Virus record (IMG/VR): IMGVR_UViG_3300015244_002130
Location: 5,250 to 69,249 of that record
Length of the DNA: 64,000 nucleotides
Reading direction: 5' to 3' (one strand)
Source of the DNA: a virus
Lineage: Duplodnaviria > Caudoviricetes
Numbering within the stretch: position 1 is the stretch's first letter; each line of letters begins with the position of its first letter. Of the stretch, positions 1 to 9,044 are shown piece after piece. A program made the translations under genes and the position numbers. Below the pieces are notes generated by a model. It searched no databases. It saw only the letters and a list, made by a program, of their open reading frames with translations, and was not told the DNA's origin.

Positions 1-1
1 T

Positions 2-1324
2 TGGAATGGAGAAATTCATTTATATGATATGAGATCCAAGCAAATCTATGTTGGATTGTTGGATAAAATTGTTTCTTTTTGTAAGCAATATAATTACACT
101 TACGAATTTGAAGAGAATAAATTCTACGGACAACCTTTTGAGATTAATGAAGAAATATCTTTAGAGGGTGTTAAAGGTTATATGCAATCTATTTGCGTTC
201 ATACACCTCGTTCGTATCAAGTAGAGGGAGTATACGATGCTCTAAGACATAATCGAAAGCTATTAATAAGTCCCACTGCATCAGGCAAATCTCTGATGAT
301 TTATTCGTTAGTGAGATACTACGTAGATAGGAACGAAAAAATACTTTTAGTTGTTCCCACGACAAGTTTGGTAGAACAAATGTATAAGGACTTTCAGGAT
401 TATGGTTGGGATGCTGAGTCATATTGTCACCGCATTTATTCTGGGAGAGAGAAAACAAATGAATATCCAGTTACCATTACAACCTGGCAATCTGTATATA
501 AACTGGAACGTTCATTTTTTGAAGAGTATGGTGTCATTATAGGTGATGAAGCTCATTTATTCAAGAGCAAATCACTTATTGAAATTATGACTAAACTTCA
601 TCACGCAAAATATCGTTTTGGTTTTACTGGAACTTTAGATGGAACACAAACTCATAAATGGGTACTTGAGGGATTATTTGGTCCATCATACAAAGTTACA
701 AAAACTGATGAGTTAATGAGGCAAGGGCATTTATCACAACTTGATATTCGTTGTCTTGTACTTAAACACCCACCACAAAAATTTGAAACTTATGAGGATG
801 AAATTCAATATTTAATATCTCACGAAAAAAGAAACAAATTCATTCAAAATCTTGCTTTAGATCTAAAAGGAAATACTTTGATTCTTTTTTCCAGAGTAGA
901 AGCACACGGAGCAATACTCTATGAAAATATAAATAAAAATAAGCGAGATGACCGTAAAGTATTTTTTGTACACGGTGGTGTTGATGCTGAAGAAAGAGAA
1001 TTAGTTAGGGAGATTACTGAAAGAGAGAATAATGCAATCATTGTTGCTTCTTATGGAACTTTTTCTACTGGTATCAACATTAAAAACCTCCATAATGTTA
1101 TCTTTGCCTCTCCAAGTAAATCAAGAGTCCGTAATCTTCAAAGTATTGGACGAGTTCTTAGAAAAGGAAAAGACAAAGTAAAAGCAACTTTATATGATAT
1201 TGCTGATGATTGTTCATATAAGTCAAGAAAAAATTATACTTTAAATCATCTCATTGAAAGAATCAAAATCTATAATGAAGAAAATTTCAATTATGAGATA
1301 ATCACAATTCAATTAAAGCAATGA
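2..1324 (+). CDS. uvsW: UvsW-like SF2 DNA helicase, 5'-truncated by the window edge
   Basis: Walker A SPTASGKS, IIGDEAH, GFTGT, QSIGRVLR motifs; the frame is open from base 2 (WNGEIHLYDM...), so the true start lies upstream of the window. Confidence 0.93.
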   Translation, partial: WNGEIHLYDMRSKQIYVGLLDKIVSFCKQYNYTYEFEENKFYGQPFEINEEISLEGVKGYMQSICVHTPRSYQVEGVYDALRHNRKLLISPTASGKSLMIYSLVRYYVDRNEKILLVVPTTSLVEQMYKDFQDYGWDAESYCHRIYSGREKTNEYPVTITTWQSVYKLERSFFEEYGVIIGDEAHLFKSKSLIEIMTKLHHAKYRFGFTGTLDGTQTHKWVLEGLFGPSYKVTKTDELMRQGHLSQLDIRCLVLKHPPQKFETYEDEIQYLISHEKRNKFIQNLALDLKGNTLILFSRVEAHGAILYENINKNKRDDRKVFFVHGGVDAEERELVREITERENNAIIVASYGTFSTGINIKNLHNVIFASPSKSRVRNLQSIGRVLRKGKDKVKATLYDIADDCSYKSRKNYTLNHLIERIKIYNEENFNYEIITIQLKQ

Positions 1325-1713
1325 TAGAAGAAGATTTTTATGCGACAGTTAAATTAAAAACCGGAGAGGAAATCTTCGCAAAAGTAGCAGCTTCTGCAGA
1401 AGAAGATAGAACTATGCTAATTGTTTCAAATCCTGTAATTATATCCGAAATTAAAAGTAGTAAATTGGGAGTAGTTGGATATAAATTGGAACCTTGGTTA
1501 AAAACAACAAGTGAAGATTTATTTATTATAAAATTGGAAGATGTGCTTACAATGACTGAATCCTCTGATATTGAAATGATAGTGGTTTATCAAAACTATC
1601 TTAGACAATCAAAGAAAGAAGGAAATAATTCAAAAATTAATCGTAGAATGGGATATTTGGCAAATGTTAATGATGCTAAAGAAATATTAGAAAAGATCTT
1701 TAAGGGTAGCTAA
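1321..1713 (+). CDS. Hypothetical protein (Sm-like fold possible)
   Basis: 130-aa ORF coupled to the uvsW stop; ATVKLKTGEEIFAKV pattern typical of small phage Sm-like proteins. Confidence 0.7.
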   Translation: MIEEDFYATVKLKTGEEIFAKVAASAEEDRTMLIVSNPVIISEIKSSKLGVVGYKLEPWLKTTSEDLFIIKLEDVLTMTESSDIEMIVVYQNYLRQSKKEGNNSKINRRMGYLANVNDAKEILEKIFKGS

Positions 1714-1763
1714 TACAATCCTTTTAACCCTGACAAAGGTTATTGTACACACTTTCAAACACC

Positions 1764-1792
1764 TTGTCAAGCACATATGAAAGTGTTATAAT
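1764..1792 (+). promoter_or_regulatory. sigma70-type promoter of gene 55
   Basis: TTGTCA-N17-TATAAT, overlapped by inverted repeats (acactttca/tgaaagtgt). Confidence 0.65.
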
Positions 1793-1817
1793 ATCTACAT
1801 AATAATGATAAGAATTT

Positions 1818-2312
1818 ATGATAACCACAGCAATTATGACCAAGAGAAAAAGGTCAGAGCATTACGTCAATAACAAAGAGTTTCTTGCTGCTCTAATTAA
1901 GTATCGTGAGGATGTTGAGATTGCTCGTCTTCAAGATAAACCCAAGCCAGTTATTCCTCGTTATGTTGGAGAATGCTTTCTTAAGATTGCAAATCATCTC
2001 TCCTTCAAACCTAACTTCGTAAACTATATGTTTAAGGAAGATATGATTTCTGATGGGATTGAGAATTGTGTGCAGTACATTCATAATTTCAATCCAGAGA
2101 AGTCCCAGAACCCTTTTGCATACTTCACTCAAATTATTCACTATGCATTTCTCCGTCGTATTCAGAGAGAGAAGCGTCAACTAGAAATCAAAAATAAAAT
2201 TCTTGAAAGGTCTGGGTTCTCGGAAGTATTTGAGGACAATAGCCTTGACGGATCCAACTACAGCGACTACAACTCTATAAAAGATAACGTCCATTCTAAG
2301 TTGCGTTATTAA
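1818..2312 (+). CDS. 55: Late-transcription sigma factor gp55
   Basis: HYVNNKEF, YMFKEDMISDGIENC, NPFAYFTQII motifs of T4 gp55. Confidence 0.95.
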   Translation: MITTAIMTKRKRSEHYVNNKEFLAALIKYREDVEIARLQDKPKPVIPRYVGECFLKIANHLSFKPNFVNYMFKEDMISDGIENCVQYIHNFNPEKSQNPFAYFTQIIHYAFLRRIQREKRQLEIKNKILERSGFSEVFEDNSLDGSNYSDYNSIKDNVHSKLRY

Positions 2313-2328
2313 TAAAATAGTTTTATAA

Positions 2329-2336
2329 TATAAATA
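2329..2336 (+). promoter_or_regulatory. T4-type late promoter
   Basis: TATAAATA about 24 nt upstream of the EndoVII-type ORF. Confidence 0.7.
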
Positions 2337-2359
2337 ACAGTATGATTATCGTGTGATTA

Positions 2360-2809
2360 ATGTCCAAAACTAATGCACAAAAAGAAGCAAAAGAAAATGG
2401 TCTAACCCATTATATTTCTCAACGTCCATGTAAAAGATGTGGTGGACATCAAAGATATGCTGTTAGTGGTTGTTGTTCTAATTTAGAATGTAGAAGAACA
2501 TATGAAAAGGAATGGACAAAAAATAATCCAGAAAAAAGACATTTATATAATAAGAAAAGGAGATTGAAAGCAAATTTTAATTTGTCTTGTGAAGAATATG
2601 ATAAAATGTATGAGCAACAAAATAGGGGATGTGCTATTTGTGGTGCAGAAAAAAGTGAGATGGGAAGAATATTGGCGGTAGACCATAATCATTCTACAGG
2701 AAAGATAAGAGGATTATTGTGCAATAAATGTAATCAAGGTTTAGGATTTTTTAATGACAGTGTTGACTTGTTGCAATCTGCTGTGGTATACTTGAATTCA
2801 AATATATAA
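2360..2809 (+). CDS. Endonuclease VII-family (HNH-like) free-standing nuclease, probable homing endonuclease
   Basis: CAIC...LAVDHNHSTGKIRGLLCNKCNQGLG signature; N-terminal CKRC zinc motif; lies between genes 55 and 47. Confidence 0.8.
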   Translation: MSKTNAQKEAKENGLTHYISQRPCKRCGGHQRYAVSGCCSNLECRRTYEKEWTKNNPEKRHLYNKKRRLKANFNLSCEEYDKMYEQQNRGCAICGAEKSEMGRILAVDHNHSTGKIRGLLCNKCNQGLGFFNDSVDLLQSAVVYLNSNI

Positions 2810-2813
2810 AACC

Positions 2814-3854
2814 ATGCAAATTGCAATTATTACAGACACTCATTACGGTGCTCGTAAAAATTCTAAACTTTTTCATGATTATTTTAAAAAGTTTTATGAT
2901 AATGTTTTTTTTCCGACAATAGATGAAAAAGGAATTAAAACAATTGTTCATATGGGAGACGCTTTTGATAGTCGTAAAGGTATTGATTTTTCTGCCCTAT
3001 CTTGGGCTAAAGATAATATTTTTGATCCCATAAAGCAAAGAGGTATCAATTTACATTTAATTGTTGGTAACCATGATAGTTACTATAAGAATACTAACGA
3101 AGTAAATGCTGTGGATTTGTTGCTTCGTGAGTATGATAATGTAACTGTATATTCTGAACCAATAGAAGTTAAACTTGATAAATTGAATGTTCTTTTTATA
3201 CCTTGGATTAACCAAGAAAATGAAGAGAATACTCTCAAGATGATTCAAAAGTCATCATCCAAATGTGCGATGGGACACCTTGAACTTCAAGGATTTAGAG
3301 TCAATAAACAACTTGTGATGGAACACGGGTTGGAAAGTAAAGTTTTTGATAAATTTAAACTTGTTTTCTCAGGACATTATCATACTCGTTCTGATAATGG
3401 AACAGTTTTTTATCTAGGAAATCCATATGAAATGTTCTGGAATGATGTAAATGATGAACGGGGATTTCATATTTTTGATACAGAAACTTTAGAAAAAACT
3501 GCAATCAATAATCCTTATCGTTTGTTCTATAACATTTATTATGAGGACACTGATTATCAAACTTTTGATACAAGAGAATATGAGAACAAAATTGTAAGAA
3601 TTATTGTTCGTAAGAAAACAGATCTTAAAAAGTTTGAAAAATTTATTGATAAATTATATGCTTCCAGTATTGCAGAACTCAAAATTATTGAAAACTTTGC
3701 AGTTCCAGAACTTGAAGATTTTGAGGCATTTGAATCTGAAGATACTTTATCAATTTTGAATAGGTATATTGAAGAAGCAGAAATTAATCTTGATAAATCA
3801 ATCGTTCAAAAAATGATTCAAGAAATTTATCAAGAAGCTTGTGAGTTAGTCTAA
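2814..3854 (+). CDS. 47: Recombination nuclease subunit gp47 (Mre11/SbcD-like)
   Basis: ITDTHYG, HMGDAFD, VGNHD, SGHYH metallophosphoesterase motifs. Confidence 0.95.
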   Translation: MQIAIITDTHYGARKNSKLFHDYFKKFYDNVFFPTIDEKGIKTIVHMGDAFDSRKGIDFSALSWAKDNIFDPIKQRGINLHLIVGNHDSYYKNTNEVNAVDLLLREYDNVTVYSEPIEVKLDKLNVLFIPWINQENEENTLKMIQKSSSKCAMGHLELQGFRVNKQLVMEHGLESKVFDKFKLVFSGHYHTRSDNGTVFYLGNPYEMFWNDVNDERGFHIFDTETLEKTAINNPYRLFYNIYYEDTDYQTFDTREYENKIVRIIVRKKTDLKKFEKFIDKLYASSIAELKIIENFAVPELEDFEAFESEDTLSILNRYIEEAEINLDKSIVQKMIQEIYQEACELV

Positions 3855-4126
3855 TGTTTATTCTAACAATTAATGGTAGAGAGAAAGAAGGTGCCTATTC
3901 GGTAACTGACGATGATGGGGAGCAAATCATCTATCTATTTGAGGAAGAGGATGATGCTATAAGATATGCTATGATGTTAGAGGAAGATGGATATCCTGAA
4001 ATGCACGTGATTGAAATCGAAGATGAAGTTATGATAAAGACTTGTGAAATGCACGATTACAAATACACTGTAATTACTGCAAATGATATTGTAATTCCTC
4101 CTGAAACTGATTATGATCTTATTTAA
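3854..4126 (+). CDS. Hypothetical acidic protein between genes 47 and 46
   Basis: 90-aa ORF overlapping both neighbours. Confidence 0.7.
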   Translation: MFILTINGREKEGAYSVTDDDGEQIIYLFEEEDDAIRYAMMLEEDGYPEMHVIEIEDEVMIKTCEMHDYKYTVITANDIVIPPETDYDLI

Positions 4127-5825
4127 AACGATACGGTGGAAGAATTTTCTTTCAACTGGCAATCAATACACTGAAATTGATTTTACTCAAAATTCTACCA
4201 ATTTAATTATTGGTACTAATGGTGCTGGAAAAAGCACAGTTCTTGATGCTCTTACTTTTTCTTTGTTTGGAAAACCTTTTCGTAAAATTAATAAACCTCA
4301 ACTTGTTAATACAGTAAATGAAAAAGATTGTAAAGTTGAAGTTGAGTTTTCAATAGGTAATGTTGATTGGAAAGTTGTAAGAGGAATTAAACCTACCATT
4401 TTTGAAATTTGGAGAAATGGTGCTGCTCTGGATCAGTCTTCTGCTGCACTGGATCAACAAAAATGGTTGGAGCAAAACGTTCTTAAAATGAACTATAAGT
4501 CTTTCACTCAAATTGTAATTTTGGGTAGTAGTACTTTTGTTCCTTTTATGCAGCTTCCAGCTGCTCATCGTCGTGAAGTGATTGAAGATTTGCTTGACAT
4601 CAAAATCTTTTCTTCTATGAATGTTTTGATTAAAGAAAAGATTCGTTTGCTTAGAGACGACATTAAAGTTTTGGAACTTAAAAAAGAATCTTTTCTTGAT
4701 AAAGTTCAAATGCAACAAAACTTTATTGAAGAACTTGAAAACCGTGGAAATGCCAATATTAATGCCAATAAAGAAAAAATTGCCAATTTAGATTCTGAGA
4801 TTGGTAATTATATGGAAGAAAACTCTTCTTTAGAAGAACCTCTCCGTGAACATATTCGTGGGCAAGATAAGATTACTGGATATGCAGAGAAACTTCGTAA
4901 GTTGGTAAATCTTAAAGGTAAGATATCACAGAAAGTTTCTACGATTAGTGAAGAGCATAAGTTTTTTACAGAAAATACGGTGTGCCCTACTTGCACACAG
5001 GAAATTGATGATGGGTTCAGAATAAATAAGATTGAAGACGCTCAAAATAAAGCAAAAGAGTTGCAATCTGGTTATCAAGAACTGGAGGATGCAATTAAAG
5101 AGGAGGAAAGGCGAGAGCGTCAATTCACTTCTTTGTCAAAGGAAATTAAAAAACTTACAGATGGGATTTCTCAAAACAACATTAAAATTTCTGGGTGCAG
5201 AAGACAAATCAAAGATCTTGAATTTGAAATTCAAAGAATTGCCGAAAACTTGGAAAATAGAAATACTGAGCATGAGAAGTTAGAATCCTTTAAAGATAAT
5301 TTAAAAATCACTTATGATGATCTTGCTTCTAAAAAAGATCAAATTAACTATTACGATTTTACTTATAGTTTGTTGAAAGACAGTGGAGTAAAGTCTAAGA
5401 TCATCAAGAAGTATCTTCCTTTGATTAACCAACAAGTCAATCGTTATCTTCAAATGATGGACTTTTATATCAACTTTACTCTTGATGAAGAGTTTAATGA
5501 AACAGTGCAGTCACCAATTCACGAAGATTTCTCTTATGCTTCCTTTAGTGAAGGTGAAAAAATGAGAATTGATTTATCACTTCTTTTTACTTGGAGAGAA
5601 GTTGCAAGAATGAAGAATTCTGTAAATACGAATCTCCTAATTATGGATGAGGTGTTTGATAGTTCACTTGACGGATTTGGAACGGAAGAGTTTCTTAAAA
5701 TTATTCGTTATGTAATTAAAGATGCTAATATTTTTGTCATTTCTCATAAAACGGGATTAGAGGACAAATTTGAAAGTGTTATAAAGTTTGAAAAAGTCAA
5801 AGGTTTTAGTAGGATGGTTGTATAA
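4113..5825 (+). CDS. 46: Recombination ATPase subunit gp46 (Rad50/SbcC-like)
   Basis: GTNGAGKS Walker A, CPTC zinc hook, FSEGEK signature, LIMDEVFD Walker B. Confidence 0.95.
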   Translation: MILFKTIRWKNFLSTGNQYTEIDFTQNSTNLIIGTNGAGKSTVLDALTFSLFGKPFRKINKPQLVNTVNEKDCKVEVEFSIGNVDWKVVRGIKPTIFEIWRNGAALDQSSAALDQQKWLEQNVLKMNYKSFTQIVILGSSTFVPFMQLPAAHRREVIEDLLDIKIFSSMNVLIKEKIRLLRDDIKVLELKKESFLDKVQMQQNFIEELENRGNANINANKEKIANLDSEIGNYMEENSSLEEPLREHIRGQDKITGYAEKLRKLVNLKGKISQKVSTISEEHKFFTENTVCPTCTQEIDDGFRINKIEDAQNKAKELQSGYQELEDAIKEEERRERQFTSLSKEIKKLTDGISQNNIKISGCRRQIKDLEFEIQRIAENLENRNTEHEKLESFKDNLKITYDDLASKKDQINYYDFTYSLLKDSGVKSKIIKKYLPLINQQVNRYLQMMDFYINFTLDEEFNETVQSPIHEDFSYASFSEGEKMRIDLSLLFTWREVARMKNSVNTNLLIMDEVFDSSLDGFGTEEFLKIIRYVIKDANIFVISHKTGLEDKFESVIKFEKVKGFSRMVV

Positions 5826-5901
5826 GTGGCACAAGAAAAAGACTGGGTAGATAAATTTGTTGATAGGATAGGAGAATGGTTGGATTCACTCACAGAAAAA
5901 G

Positions 5902-6123
5902 ATGAACACTCCAAACTGGCAACACAACTCTGGGAAACCCCAGAAAAGAAAACTGAAACCACAAGCACTGAGGCAAGCTAAAGCAAGACTTGCCCAGTTC
6001 AAAAAGCGTCATATGGGTCGTCCAAAAGGCGACCTTTCGTCGTATTATAGGTTCATACGAAAAGAAACTAATGCCTGTCCGCCACGAAATCAAATCTCAA
6101 CTTGCCAAACTGCTTGCCACTGA
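5902..6123 (+). CDS. Small basic hypothetical protein
   Basis: 73-aa K/R-rich ORF with AGAAAAAG upstream; overlaps the start of the next gene. Confidence 0.5.
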   Translation: MNTPNWQHNSGKPQKRKLKPQALRQAKARLAQFKKRHMGRPKGDLSSYYRFIRKETNACPPRNQISTCQTACH

Positions 6124-8254
6124 AGATTTGGTGGTTGAGCACAAGAAAGTTTCTACTGCTTGTTTTAATGTTCATACTCGTGTGCTGACCTTGCCTCTCT
6201 GGGAAAAGGCAAGTAACACTGTATATGACTTGCTTGTTGGGCATGAAGTTGGTCACGCATTGTTTACTCCAGATGAGGACTGGACTGAAACAGTAAAAAT
6301 TCCTCCTCAGTTTGTGAATGTAGTGGAAGATGCCCGTATTGAGAAACTAATGAAACGTAAATATATGGGACTTGCAAAAACTTTTTTTAATGGGTATAAA
6401 GAACTAAATGGTGAAGATTTTTTCCAATTAGAAGATCAAGATATTTCTAAGTTTAATCTTGCTGACCGAGCAAATCTTTATTTTAAGATTGGTAATTTTG
6501 TAAAGTTAGATTTTAATACCAAAGAAAAAGAAATCATTAATCTGATTTCTTCTGCAGAATCCTTTGCTGAAGTTTTGATTGCTGCAGAAGAACTTTATAA
6601 TTTCTGTAAAAAAGAAAAGGAGCAACAACAAAAAGTTGCCGATTTTGATTCCCATGAACTGCAAGGAGATTCTCAGTCTTCTTCAAGTGAAGTTGTGGAG
6701 ACCGATAACTCCTCTTCTGAAGAGGATGGTGGGAGTAATAACTCACAACCAAATCCTGATGAATCTTACGGTGGGACTGCTCAAGGTGATGAAATTAAAA
6801 ATACTTCTGATATTGTTGAGGAAGAACCTGAAGTTCGTACTGCAGATTCTCTGGAGGATAAAATTCGTGATTTGGTAAATTACGATGGTTATGAAAATGT
6901 TTATGTTGAGATTCCTCAAGTAAATCTTGATACTGTGATCGGCAAAAATGCAGATGTTCATAAGGACATTGATGCGTCCTTTGATCATCAACAAAAAAAG
7001 CACAATGAGATGTGCGATGACCGTAAGTGGGATCGTGTGAATCTTTTTCAACATACTGATGAAGATTATAAAAAGTTTAAACTTTCCTCACAAAAAGAAG
7101 TTAATTATTTGGTGAAAGAATTTGAATGCCGCAAGGCAGCAGATTCTTATGCTCGTGCGACCATTGCTCGTACAGGTGTTCTTGATACTGCTCGCCTTCA
7201 TTCTTACAAATATACGGAAGATTTGTTCAAGAAAGTTTCTGTGATTCCTGATGGTAAAAATCACGGATTGATTTTTATTTTGGATTGGAGCGGTTCTATG
7301 GCAAGTGTCATTCAAGACACCTGCAAACAACTTTTTAATCTTGTTTGGTTTTGTAAAAAAGTTGCGATTCCTTTTGAAGTTTATGCTTTTACAAATGAAT
7401 GGCGTCGTGGTGAATATGATTACGAAACTCAAACTTATAGTCCAGCTGATCGAACTTCTCATTATGAAGCAAAGGAAGGATTGATTCATGTTGAAGAATC
7501 ATTTGCTTTGATGAATCTTCTTACCAGTAAAGTTTCTGGTAAAGAGTTGGAACATCAAATGCTTAATGTTTGGCGTCTTGCTGTTTGTTTCGGAGATTCT
7601 TATCGTGCTCAATACACATATTCAAATCGTTTGGCTCTTTCTGGAACTCCTTTGAATGAAGCATTGATGACTCTTCATCAAATTCTTCCCAAGTTTCAAA
7701 AAGAAAATAAACTTCAAAAAGTTCAATGCATTGTGCTGACTGATGGTGAGGCAAATTATCCTCCATATCATGTAGAAATCAAACGTGGATATGATTCTGA
7801 TTCTTATATTGGCACTCGTGGTATTAATCCAGATAAAACTTTTCTTCGGGATCGTAAACTTGGCATCACCTATAAGTTTGATTATGGGTATCATCAATTT
7901 ACTGAGGTTCTTCTTCGTAACCTGAAAGATAAGTTTTCTTCAGTAAACTTTATTGGTATTCGTGTTCTTGAAGGACGTAATGCAAATCGTTTCATTAGCC
8001 TTTATCACAATCAAAGTGATAAGCAATATGAAGTGATTCAAAATGATTGGAAGAAACTGAAAAGTTTTATCATCACCAACTCTGGATATGATGCTTATTT
8101 TGGACTTTCTTCTTCTGCACTTTCTCAAGATGCAGAGTTTGATGTTGCTGATGATGCCACTAAATCTCAAATCAAATCTGCGTTTGTTAAATCTCTAAAA
8201 ACTAAAAAATTGAATAAAAAGGTTCTTGGGGAGTTTATTTCTCTTGTTGTCTAA
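6071..8254 (+). CDS. CobT-like protein: N-terminal zincin (HExxH) domain plus C-terminal vWA domain
   Basis: HEVGH and EDARIE; MIDAS LDWSGSM...SGTPL...LTDG; likely start MPVRHEIK at 6071 rather than 5990. Confidence 0.85.
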   Translation: MPVRHEIKSQLAKLLATEDLVVEHKKVSTACFNVHTRVLTLPLWEKASNTVYDLLVGHEVGHALFTPDEDWTETVKIPPQFVNVVEDARIEKLMKRKYMGLAKTFFNGYKELNGEDFFQLEDQDISKFNLADRANLYFKIGNFVKLDFNTKEKEIINLISSAESFAEVLIAAEELYNFCKKEKEQQQKVADFDSHELQGDSQSSSSEVVETDNSSSEEDGGSNNSQPNPDESYGGTAQGDEIKNTSDIVEEEPEVRTADSLEDKIRDLVNYDGYENVYVEIPQVNLDTVIGKNADVHKDIDASFDHQQKKHNEMCDDRKWDRVNLFQHTDEDYKKFKLSSQKEVNYLVKEFECRKAADSYARATIARTGVLDTARLHSYKYTEDLFKKVSVIPDGKNHGLIFILDWSGSMASVIQDTCKQLFNLVWFCKKVAIPFEVYAFTNEWRRGEYDYETQTYSPADRTSHYEAKEGLIHVEESFALMNLLTSKVSGKELEHQMLNVWRLAVCFGDSYRAQYTYSNRLALSGTPLNEALMTLHQILPKFQKENKLQKVQCIVLTDGEANYPPYHVEIKRGYDSDSYIGTRGINPDKTFLRDRKLGITYKFDYGYHQFTEVLLRNLKDKFSSVNFIGIRVLEGRNANRFISLYHNQSDKQYEVIQNDWKKLKSFIITNSGYDAYFGLSSSALSQDAEFDVADDATKSQIKSAFVKSLKTKKLNKKVLGEFISLVV

Positions 8255-8277
8255 ATACCTAAAAAGTATCTGCTCAT

Positions 8278-8790
8278 ATGAAAACTTTTAAGGAATTTAT
8301 GGTAGAGTGTCATTCTATTCAAGAAACTTCTCTTACTCGTGTGATGAGAAAATCTCAAAAAGGTGGAATGGCAATTATGTCTGCTCAAAGAGGAGATAAA
8401 TCAAAAGCAGAAAATAAAGCACGTTCAAAACAACTTGAAAAAGATGTAAGAGGTGCTGGACTTCCTGGGACTACTAAAGTTTCCGGTAGATATACTGAAA
8501 ATCCTGGAACTTCCCAAGAGAAAAAGGTAGGAGAGAAATCTCATATTATTACTCCCGGTAAAAAAGGTAAGAGGAAGTTTAAAAAGGCAATTGAAAAACT
8601 TGGTAGAAAGTACAATCAGGATTCAGTTTTGATTCAACGCAAACCTGGTGGAAGTTCTACTCTCAAAGGGACTTCTAAAACATCTTGGCCCGGACAGGGA
8701 AAGAATGTTAAAATAGGTAGTATGAAACCAGGTAGAACTGGTGAGTTTGATACTAAAGTCAAAAACAAAACATTTACAGTCGAACCTTAA
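8278..8790 (+). CDS. Basic hypothetical protein with a T4 internal-protein-like N-terminus
   Basis: Starts MKTFKEFMVE; CTAAATA late-type promoter at about 8251; K/G-rich. Confidence 0.75.
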   Translation: MKTFKEFMVECHSIQETSLTRVMRKSQKGGMAIMSAQRGDKSKAENKARSKQLEKDVRGAGLPGTTKVSGRYTENPGTSQEKKVGEKSHIITPGKKGKRKFKKAIEKLGRKYNQDSVLIQRKPGGSSTLKGTSKTSWPGQGKNVKIGSMKPGRTGEFDTKVKNKTFTVEP

Positions 8791-8791
8791 A

Positions 8792-8977
8792 ATGAAATCC
8801 AAATTCCCACTTGAACACGTTGTTAAAGTTGATACTAAAGAAGTTTGGGTGCTGTGCCAAAGTTCAATTACTGCTATGGGCGTTCCTGCTATGGTTGAAA
8901 GATATTATCCTGGATATAAAGGACATATTGGCAGCACTGAGTATCTTGAGAAACTCAGGAACCAATTGGCAAACTGA
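8792..8977 (+). CDS. Hypothetical protein
   Basis: ATG 2 nt after the upstream stop (MKSKFPLEH...). Confidence 0.65.
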   Translation: MKSKFPLEHVVKVDTKEVWVLCQSSITAMGVPAMVERYYPGYKGHIGSTEYLEKLRNQLAN

Positions 8978-8981
8978 CCAC

Positions 8982-9006
8982 GGGGGGTCTTGGTGACCCC
9001 TTTTTT
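8982..9006 (+). terminator. Rho-independent terminator-like hairpin
   Basis: ggggtc-ttggt-gacccc followed by T6, then TATAAT at 9011. Confidence 0.6.
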
Positions 9007-9044
9007 GTTTTATAATGACTTCAGTTGAAACAAACAACCTGATT

